In this document: piece by piece, positions 1 through 8,264 of the stretch
Numbering within the stretch: position 1 is the first letter of the stretch
Layout: every line of letters begins with the position of its first letter
NCBI GenBank assembly: GCA_964658305.1
Contig: OZ210885.1
Span: 8,184,001 to 8,248,000, forward strand
DNA: 64,000 nt
DNA from: Leptogorgia sarmentosa
Lineage: Eukaryota
Direction of reading: 5' to 3'
Position numbers and translations under genes: made by a program
The notes under the pieces: generated by a model
Databases searched by the model: none
What the model was told of the DNA's origin: nothing
Seen by the model: the letters and a program-made list of their open reading frames with translations, nothing else

Positions 1-797
1 TACATAATGAGAAGACGCTGCACAATATACCTCTTGAATGGCATGCATGATTACTTCTTGCACGTCATCTGCCAGTTTCATGATTTTTGTTATGAATTCT
101 AATAGAAAATATCTACCATTAATAAATTGTTTAATATCTATAGTGGCATTGCACTTGCACATGATCTACACCTTTTCCAGGTCATTTTCAGTGATTTCTA
201 AACGAATTTCAGAAAACGCAGGTCAATTTCAGACATTTGCAAGTGAGATTTAGTTAATACAAGTCTGCAGATGTGTTCCACCAATAAGAACCTGACAGAT
301 AAGGACACTGACTGTTTTCATGTGGTCTTATGCTATTCGAGCTGTGTTTGATAAACAGAGGAAACAACAAACGTTTTAAATCGATCACCTGTTCATTATT
401 CAATGCGTGTTTTTATTCAATGACACGCGCCAGGTGAAATATCTTTTCTAAAATTAACAACTCATACATATTATTAAATCGAAGAGTTTGCAGTTGTGAA
501 TAAAAATCGAGAAAGAGTTGTTCGCATAAGCAAAATGTTACATTCCATTTCCAAAGAACATCACATTAATATTTATAATATTTTCTTGTTATTTAAACAA
601 TCTCAAAATGTTTGTTGATTAAAACGAAATTATTCAAGCACTGTTGGGAAAAACACCCTCTATAACGATGTGACAGATATGTTTTATTCTTGACTGATAT
701 GCACTGCATAATACTGGATGCTAATCGACGAGCAGATGTAAGTCACGTTCGTTGAGACAGTATACATTGTCCTTGAGCCACGGCGCGAAGCGCCGAC

Positions 798-1203
798 GCT
801 ATTTTCCCTTTCGTAAACGGTCGTTGCCTTCCAAAACGGTCGATGCCTTCCCTGCTCGCATTTTAAATGTTACATAATGCATTTCCACTATAAATATTTT
901 TGTTTTCGATACTTTTCAGCGAGCTCGAAATTAGCTCAGACGGTTAGGCACGCGGTGCGTGCGTTGTAGTTTTATAGTTCAAACCCCGGCTCGACACTTT
1001 TTTTTCGCGTTAGTGATTTCAACTTATAACTTTTTTTTTTCAATATTTTTCCGACTTTTATGGTTAGGGTTAGTATTTTAGGGTTTGGGTTGGGGATTAA
1101 GCGTATTTCAAGTTTTTAAATTTGTCATAAACTAAGTAAAAAGAGAGCAGGAAGGCATCGACCGTTTGGGAAGGCAACGACCGTTTACGAAAGGGAAAAT
1201 TGC
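798..1203. mobile_element. Non-autonomous DNA transposon (MULE-like), ~60-bp TIRs, 9-bp TSD, internal tRNA-like cassette and TTAGGG-like repeats
   Basis: TIR GCWATTTTCCCTTTCGTAAACGGTCGTTGCCTTCC at both ends; AGCGCCGAC duplicated at 789-797 and 1204-1212; TAGCTCAGACGG...AGTTCAAACC...poly-T at ~932-1006; degenerate TTAGGG at ~1062-1097. Confidence 0.85.
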
Positions 1204-1478
1204 AGCGCCGACCGGGCGTCAGCCCGGGGCGAGGGTAATAATTCCGCACGCTATTTGCACCCGGGTATAGAGCTGCATAGCGGAGTCCAAAGTTTCTCGA
1301 TTTGGCCGCCATTTTGGGTCATGGTGCATCGTAGGTCATCACTGATCTCTAAAATTACTGGAATATCATGAAGAGCCGAAGCTTTTTAAAGCTTTCATGC
1401 CTTCAAGAGCTTCTTAAAGGTTTGGAAAGGGGAAAACAAAGACAACATCTGCGCGTAAAATATAAAACGCTGAGAAAT

Positions 1479-3390
1479 GGTAGGTAGGTAAAAACTTTAT
1501 TTAATCACGCTAACCCCTACAGCAGAGAGCTGATTTCCAAGGGGGGCGTGCATATTCATAAAAAAAAAATCAAAGAAGAAATTAGTTATTTACATCACGG
1601 ACACACTACATAAAGTACACTACACACATTTAAAAAAAGAATACAGTATATACATGATTACCGGCCAGGCATTATAAAATTGGTTTTAAAGGACTGGAGA
1701 GAATCCTTAGTCCTTAACTCTTCTGAGAGGCTATTCCACAATTTTACACCTCTGAAACTCAGACTTTTTTTAAGAAAGTCAGAGCGAGGATGAGGCAGAA
1801 AGAGCTTAGTGGAAGAGCTTCGTAAATTGTAATATTGGGAGGAAGGCGTCTGTAGAAAGATATCAGCTAACGCTTTTGGCGCTAGATTATTCATAATTTT
1901 ATACATTGAACTTGCTACGAACTTGGTTCTGCGTTCGCTCAGTGGCTTCCATCCAAGTTCATTCAGAGCAAGTTCAGACTGACCGTGCACGTTTTTACGG
2001 CCTGTAATAACTCTAGCAGCCCTGTTTTGTAATTTTTGCAAGCGGTCAGAAAGCCCGATGCCAATAGTGTCCCAAACTTCACAACAATAATCGAAATGAG
2101 GTGCCACAAGTGCATTATAAGCACCTATTAGGGCACCACGATCGATACAGGACTTGAGCTTTCTGATCGCTGCAATTCCGGATGAAACTTTTTTAGCAAT
2201 TGTATCAACATGTTTTTCCCAAGATAGAAACTCATCAATATGGACTCCCAGTGCCTTTGTTACTCTCACTCTATTAATCGGTGTATCTCCAACATAAACA
2301 TTGGGAGCAGTAAGTAAGTTATTGATATTATACCGTGATCCAATTAGTAAGTATTCAGTTTTGACCAGATTTAGGGACAGTTTGTTTGAACAAAGCCAAC
2401 TCTTGACATTTGCAAGATCGTGGTTAATTGCCTCCTCTACTTCCTGTATTGATTTACCAGATACAGTTAACGTGGTATCGTCGGCAAACATTCTTGGCGA
2501 CGAGTATTCCAGACTGTGGGGTAAATCGTTTATATAAATTAGAAATAGGAGAGGCCCAAGGATAGAACCTTGAGGAATTCCACACGAAATTGGCTTTGGG
2601 CCGGATAGCGCTCCATTAACAGAGCACAGCTGAGTTCTATTCTCAAGGTACGAACTTAACAGGTTGATCGAAGGTTCTTCCAAGCCATAAAGCCTAAGCT
2701 TTTCTAGCATTATGTCATGATTAATGGTATCGAATGCCTTCGTCAAATCGAGAAAAACTGCAATATTAAACATACCGCGGTCCATGTTGATGAACCATTC
2801 GTTAGTACTATCCAAAAGGGCAGAAGCTGTTGAATGAAACTGTCTAAATCCAAACTGATGAGGAGATAATAAGTTATTGGAAACAAAGTAGTCATATAGT
2901 TGTTCATATAGTACCTTTTCGAAAATTTTACTTATAGCGGGCAAAATAGAGATTGGGCGATAATTATTTAACAAATTTTTTGGACCTTTTTTGTGTAAAG
3001 GAATAACCCTAGCTGACTTCCATTCAGATGGAACAGCTTCCAAAAGAATTGCCCTATTAAAAATTTCGGTTATCGACTTTACAATTACAGGAGATGCAAT
3101 TCGCATGATTTTGGAAGGGATTTTATCAATTCCAGTAGATTTTCAGGGATTTAATGAAATCAGTAACTTATGAACTTTCGATACCGAAATAGTTTGAAAA
3201 TTAAATTTACTTGATATATTCATAATGTTGTCTCGGAAATTTCCATCGCCACTATCAATACTGTTGGCGATCTCAGGGCCAATATTGGTGAAATAATTGT
3301 TGAAACATTCAGCCAATTCATTAGGGTTGGAAATTTGATGGGTTTCGTAATTAATGCAGTTAATATCGCTGCTCTTTTTTTCACGGTTTT
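1479..3390 (-). mobile_element. 5'-truncated CR1/L2-group LINE
   Basis: RT ORF, upstream in-frame ORF2 remnant (ELAECFNNYFTNIG) with a stop near 3142, 3' AATAAA and (ACCT)n tail at ~1479-1505. Confidence 0.9.
1658..3106 (-). CDS. LINE ORF2 reverse transcriptase (partial)
   Basis: NYRPISIL, HQFGFR, FLDLTKAFD, GIPQGSILGP, FADD motifs and CR1/L2-type C-terminus. Confidence 0.92.
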   Translation of the reverse strand: MRIASPVIVKSITEIFNRAILLEAVPSEWKSARVIPLHKKGPKNLLNNYRPISILPAISKIFEKVLYEQLYDYFVSNNLLSPHQFGFRQFHSTASALLDSTNEWFINMDRGMFNIAVFLDLTKAFDTINHDIMLEKLRLYGLEEPSINLLSSYLENRTQLCSVNGALSGPKPISCGIPQGSILGPLLFLIYINDLPHSLEYSSPRMFADDTTLTVSGKSIQEVEEAINHDLANVKSWLCSNKLSLNLVKTEYLLIGSRYNINNLLTAPNVYVGDTPINRVRVTKALGVHIDEFLSWEKHVDTIAKKVSSGIAAIRKLKSCIDRGALIGAYNALVAPHFDYCCEVWDTIGIGLSDRLQKLQNRAARVITGRKNVHGQSELALNELGWKPLSERRTKFVASSMYKIMNNLAPKALADIFLQTPSSQYYNLRSSSTKLFLPHPRSDFLKKSLSFRGVKLWNSLSEELRTKDSLQSFKTNFIMPGR

Positions 3391-3463
3391 TTTCAAAGTA
3401 CTAGGCTGTACTTTGGTGAGCCACTGAGGGGTAAGCGGTAACATACCAAACCTACGCGCACTT

Positions 3464-5530
3464 TCATAAATAGCTTAGTTCTTGCCACATGATTAACCAC
3501 ATCGAGGAAACCAATTGCATTCGTCTGCCCAAACTCGGATTACGCGGCGGGTTTGTCCAATTGAATTTACGCAGCTTTTCTTTCGCTTGCTCGACTGTCA
3601 AACTGAACAGATCGATGGAGTGGAATAACTTGACAAGACCAATCACCCTATCCGTGGCTTTTGAAGTCGACGCCCCCCCTGCAGGCATTTTTGCAGCGCT
3701 GAAGAAAATCACTGGCGTTCCCATGGCGACGCATGGTAACGCCGCGTGGATTCGTTGTGTAATCACGAGTCTAGCTTGGGAATATTTCTCAAGGATTTTG
3801 TAAGCATCGACGAAACGTTCTTGTATCAATAACGACGGACGCAAACCGTAGTCGAACTTGTGCCTAACCAATTTGGCTTTCTTGACAATCGATTCCGGCA
3901 GTAATTTCATGTTCTCCTTGGACAGATCTGTGATGTATATCGTATTGTCCCGCTTTTCTAGCGGCTGAGGGTTTCGTATTCGTAGAGACAGCGTCATACA
4001 ACCTGAGAAAAACGATGGCACTTGTAACTTATCCATCAATTTTTTTGTGACCATATCGCGAGCGCCAATGGGCGCCTTGGATTTTAGAAAATCAATGGCT
4101 TTTGTCAAGGAGGAAACAACGGAACGAAATCTTGCGTCAGTGTGAATAGAAAGCATCATTGGATCGATATTTTCTGGGGGTGGCCATTTGAACCTACGGT
4201 TACCCCACCAGGCGTTAAAGAACACAGGGTGCTTACTGCCGTGGGTGTTTGGAGGTATCAGGTACTCTCTGTCCAAGAATAAATCGACAAATGGCAAGAA
4301 TTGCAATCCAGCGAGGGCTTGAATCTCGTCTCCGATATTTGCAAGAACATTGGGACCAGGACTGCCGTCAAACGATAACATCCCGAAATGGTGTTCGTGT
4401 TCGAATGGCATTCCATGGCGGGCGTACATATCACGAAAGGTCTTCGAATGACGAATCATGCACCAGCGTGTGTTATTTGGACAATGTCGTGAAAACCCAT
4501 TCCACACGGTATCTTGGAACATACTGGGCAACAATGGTTTGGAATTCCAGGACTTCATGTTTTCAAGAAACCTGGTAACGTGTTGTTGTAATCGTTGATC
4601 CTTTACATGTAATTGGAGGTGTTCGAAGGCGGTTTTTTCCCTGACAGCAAATCTCAACGACATGCAAGGCCAGTTATTTTCTTGTTCATCACCCGACAGG
4701 CGTTGCGTCATTGGGTAAGAAGGCAAAAAAAAACTTCCACCGTACTGCCAGAGATGGGCAAGACATAAAGCTTCGGTAAGGTACCATTCATAATGAAGGC
4801 CAGCTAAGACTTTGTACAAGACATGAAGCTCGCCCCATTCCTTTAATGGTGTCTTCCCAAGCACATTTGGAACCACGAGGAAACTTGCGGTTATCGCTGG
4901 ATTTTCTAGCTTCTTTATGGTATCCAAGCATTTCATTGTGCTGCAGTACACTTGTATAGATGCGCCAGTTTGTTTGTGTGCCATAACCATGTCTTTGATG
5001 AACGCATCTGACATTGGCTTATTAAAAAGCCAAGCTGTAGTCAGAACCAGTGAGCTGTCACGATTTACAACAGGATTCGGGGAAGGTCTGTCATTAACGC
5101 GACGTACGTCAAATTCGAAAGGATGTTCATTGAGACTCTCTTTGAGCTTGCGTGGCGAATACACCAAAGTTGACAGCAAGGCTAGGAAGCCGACGAGCAA
5201 GAAGAATCGGCAGCATCTTCGTGGAGTGATTCTCAATGATGGGAAAATAAAAAAATTCTTCGAAGAGGTTTTTCCGCTGTGGGAGAAAAGGTAGAGGGCT
5301 AGGCCTGAGAATATGATCACCAATCCGAGAAGCCACGTCAGAGCGAGGTTGAAATATTTGATGTTGAGCGTAATGACGAAAATACGTTTTGAGAAATTTA
5401 AAATAGCGTGGTTCAATGGCGAGACGTTCTGAAGGACTGAAATGGAAGCTAGGTTATAAACACAGTGGAAGCCTGAAGCTGCAATACCCGATTGAGATAA
5501 ATTCAGTGGGGACGTGTTTTGAATGATCAA
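3464..5530 (-). CDS. TPT C-terminal helices, GT32-like domain and polysaccharide pyruvyl-transferase domain (open segment)
   Basis: NIGDEIQ, APIGARD, FSGCMTL, VITQRIHAALPCVAMGTPVIF (pyruvyl-transferase motifs); TEALCLAHLWQYGGSFF (GT32-like, no DxD). Confidence 0.8.
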   Translation of the reverse strand: MIIQNTSPLNLSQSGIAASGFHCVYNLASISVLQNVSPLNHAILNFSKRIFVITLNIKYFNLALTWLLGLVIIFSGLALYLFSHSGKTSSKNFFIFPSLRITPRRCCRFFLLVGFLALLSTLVYSPRKLKESLNEHPFEFDVRRVNDRPSPNPVVNRDSSLVLTTAWLFNKPMSDAFIKDMVMAHKQTGASIQVYCSTMKCLDTIKKLENPAITASFLVVPNVLGKTPLKEWGELHVLYKVLAGLHYEWYLTEALCLAHLWQYGGSFFLPSYPMTQRLSGDEQENNWPCMSLRFAVREKTAFEHLQLHVKDQRLQQHVTRFLENMKSWNSKPLLPSMFQDTVWNGFSRHCPNNTRWCMIRHSKTFRDMYARHGMPFEHEHHFGMLSFDGSPGPNVLANIGDEIQALAGLQFLPFVDLFLDREYLIPPNTHGSKHPVFFNAWWGNRRFKWPPPENIDPMMLSIHTDARFRSVVSSLTKAIDFLKSKAPIGARDMVTKKLMDKLQVPSFFSGCMTLSLRIRNPQPLEKRDNTIYITDLSKENMKLLPESIVKKAKLVRHKFDYGLRPSLLIQERFVDAYKILEKYSQARLVITQRIHAALPCVAMGTPVIFFSAAKMPAGGASTSKATDRVIGLVKLFHSIDLFSLTVEQAKEKLRKFNWTNPPRNPSLGRRMQLVSSMWLIMWQELSYL

Positions 5531-5734
5531 ATTAGTATCAGAAACGGGAAAAGCAAAAGAGTTCCAGAGAAGGACAATATAAAATATTTTTCGAACGGAC
5601 TTTCGTACTGTCGACCGATATTTTTTAAAGCAATGTTTCGAAGCGGAAATGCGATATTTGATGCCACTGCCGCAAGAATCCCCCAAAGATTGAACGCTAT
5701 ATCCCATATGACAAAAATACATGTTCCATGAGAA

Positions 5735-6265
5735 TTATTGAAAATAGTATGCAAGAGAACTCGTACTTTGTTTTTCGGCGGGCTGCGATTTGAGACAAGA
5801 GAACTTGAGGAATAAGAACATGAAAATGGGCTCTGACGATTTCACAACTTGAGTCGCACTTGAACTGACAAAAGTGTAGGAAACATTGACAGAAAGATGG
5901 CCGACCAGATTTCCTAGTATGACAACAAGGCCATTCCAGTCACGGATTTTTGAAATAGTCAAAGATCTTCTCTCAACGAAGAATATCCAAAATGCAGAGC
6001 CAATTACGCCGAAGAGAAATTGCATGACAGTGAGGTCCAACCATTTCATTTCTTGGGAAGATTTTTTCGTTTTACCTTCAGACATTTCTGTCTTGGAGTA
6101 AAGTGACGTGAGCCCATTCGCAATCCACCACAGCAACACAAGGAAGAAGACAACATTCGAAGCTTGGAACATGGTTAATCCAACGAGTTCTAAAATTGTA
6201 ATGAAAGAAAATATGGATATTCTACCTAGCAGCGAATTTTCACCCAAATTACAACAATTCTTCAT
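5735..6265 (-). CDS. TPT/SLC35E-family transporter N-terminal half
   Basis: Hydrophobic helices with NGLTSLYSK, LTVMQF, GHLSVNVSY and TQVVKSSEPIF. Confidence 0.75.
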   Translation of the reverse strand: MKNCCNLGENSLLGRISIFSFITILELVGLTMFQASNVVFFLVLLWWIANGLTSLYSKTEMSEGKTKKSSQEMKWLDLTVMQFLFGVIGSAFWIFFVERRSLTISKIRDWNGLVVILGNLVGHLSVNVSYTFVSSSATQVVKSSEPIFMFLFLKFSCLKSQPAEKQSTSSLAYYFQ

Positions 6266-6394
6266 TTAAAGTTCAGATAGTAACGACCAAATTTAAGGCT
6301 TATAACATTTATTACAAAACATTAAATTACATTAAATTATTATTAAATTACATTAAACATTACATTACTATTCGTAATCACCACAAACTCTACC

Positions 6395-6910
6395 TAGAGT
6401 TACATTATTAGCTCCACCTACGGATCTTCCTGATGGCACAACAGAATTACTTGATTTAGGACCGAAGTTTGTTCCATCGATGAAAACCATAAACAAACAA
6501 ACCGAGTTAAACATTAACGTACAATTAGCTAAACTCGCGTATCGATTGCGCTGGAAAGAGATACATGATCAAAAGTCAAGCGAACAACAATCACCTACAC
6601 CTGCACCTACAACAAATCCCCAACCTAAGTGTATAGAACAAACTATTGAACACTGTCCTTTTGACAAATACTGCCAAACTCCCGAGACCAAGTTTCAACA
6701 CCTTGAATTATCCTTACAACACCTTAAACATGAAATTTCGAAAGTCATAAATAAGTATAAATCAAAACCCATTCCCACTAACCTTACATGCAACCAAAAG
6801 AAAACCCTGTCAGAATTGATAAAGCTTAAAACGTCTCGTGAAGTCCGAATATCCGTGAGTGACAAAGGTGGTGAGTTAGTGGTGATGAAGAGCAACCTTG
6901 ATGACGAACT
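6395..6910 (+). mobile_element. Penelope-like element fragment (pre-RT region), truncated by Copia LTR
   Basis: LLDLGPKFVP, RLRWKE and ISVSDKGGELVVM motifs typical of the PLE N-terminal region. Confidence 0.65.
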
Positions 6911-7101
6911 TTAAAATGTTATATCGGACATTCTTTGATGCTGAGCGATTTAATATCAACAATATGAACAGTAAAATACATACGAAATCAGTACAAGAAC
7001 AGAGAGACAAATCGTCACATGTTCACGATACATAACACATCCAACTACATCAAGTATCCAATGTATATGGTTATTATATCAAGCTATGCATGCTGCTAAC
7101 A
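6911..7101 (-). repeat. Copia 3' LTR
   Basis: Direct repeat of 11237-11429; preceded on the minus strand by PPT TTAAGTGGGAG (7102-7112). Confidence 0.93.
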
Positions 7102-7166
7102 CTCCCACTTAATAATCATATGATGAACATAACTATAGTAATTCTTTAAATAGTATCTAATTGTCA

Positions 7167-8264
7167 CTAAATCTTAACGAGTCCTAACATGTCTCGGAAT
7201 TTCTCAAATTGAACCTTCGATAGTCCCTTGGTCATCACATCTGATATATTCTTCTTTTCGACTTGTTCCCTTGCATAATGATACGCTATATCAATATGTT
7301 TCGTACGGTTATGAAACTTGGGATTCTTCGTCAGTTCGATTGTTCCTTGGTTATCTTCATACAGCACGGTAGGCTTGGCTTGTTTCTTTAACACACTTTC
7401 AAGCAATCTTCTTAACCATATCGCTTCCTGGCTCGCTGTACTCAAAGCAATGTATTCGGCTTCGGTTGTAGATCTAGCCACACATCCTTGTCGTTTACTG
7501 CACCAGCTTGTAGTACTCCCTTGTATCTGAAATACATACCCAGTAGTTGATCTACGTGTTGACAAATCTCCTGCCCAATCTGCATCTGTGTATCCCGTCA
7601 ATGTCGTACTTGAATTGTTAGCTGAATATAAAAGACCATAGTCTAATGTTCCTTTAACATAGCGTAGAACACGTTTCACACCTTTCCAATGTTCCACTCT
7701 AGGATTAGACATGAACTTTGATAAAATACTGACTGCGATTGATAAGTCAGGTCTACTAATTGTTGCAGCGTAGGTTAAACATCCAATTGCTCTTTGGTAC
7801 TTGCGTGTATCAAATTGTTCGTCTTCCTTTCCCAATTCTTCATACTTTCTTCCAAGTTCTAATGGCGTTGAAACTGACTTGCAATTTTCCATGTCGAACT
7901 TCTTTATCACTCCTTCTAGGTACTTTCGTTGGTTGATTGATATGGTACGACGCTCCCGATTGCGTATAATATGCATACCAACCACATAATGCACTTCTCC
8001 TAAATCCTCTACTTGAAACTTCGTAGCAATCTCTTCTTTTTCTTTCTTCATCATTCCTGTGTTGTTTGAGACAATTATCATATCATCCACATAAACTGCG
8101 ATAATCACCAAATGAATTGCACCGTCCTTAGACGTAATGGTTTTGATGTAAACACAAGTGTCTGCAGTAGACTTCTTGTAACCATGAGACAGTAGATAGC
8201 TATTGATAGAGTTGTTCCAACATCTAGCTGCTTGCTTCAACCCATATATCCCCTTGTTCAGCTT
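7167..8264 (-). CDS. Copia pol C-terminal RT and RNase H (in frame after premature TGA)
   Basis: KGIYGLKQAARCW, YVDD, YTDADWAG, STTEAEY, EDNQG, RTKHID; short deletion before DVMTKGL. Confidence 0.9.
   Translation of the reverse strand, partial: KLNKGIYGLKQAARCWNNSINSYLLSHGYKKSTADTCVYIKTITSKDGAIHLVIIAVYVDDMIIVSNNTGMMKKEKEEIATKFQVEDLGEVHYVVGMHIIRNRERRTISINQRKYLEGVIKKFDMENCKSVSTPLELGRKYEELGKEDEQFDTRKYQRAIGCLTYAATISRPDLSIAVSILSKFMSNPRVEHWKGVKRVLRYVKGTLDYGLLYSANNSSTTLTGYTDADWAGDLSTRRSTTGYVFQIQGSTTSWCSKRQGCVARSTTEAEYIALSTASQEAIWLRRLLESVLKKQAKPTVLYEDNQGTIELTKNPKFHNRTKHIDIAYHYAREQVEKKNISDVMTKGLSKVQFEKFRDMLGLVKI

Larger units (their letters stand above)
3395..6265 (-). pseudogene. Frameshifted intronless fusion gene: TPT/SLC35E-like transporter + GT32-like domain + polysaccharide pyruvyl transferase
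   Basis: ORFs 5735-6265, 5527-5754 and 3464-5722 give consecutive TPT segments (TQVVKSSEPIF; AVASNIAFPLRN; YNLASISVLQNVSPLNHAILNFSKRIFVI) followed by luminal domains; frameshifts near 5775, 5728, 5530 and 3480. Confidence 0.75.

Noticed and set aside
3464..5722. Bacterial contamination as the source of the pyruvyl transferase
   Set aside because: Fused to a eukaryotic-type transporter and flanked by metazoan LINE/PLE/Copia sequence; not formally excluded without read data
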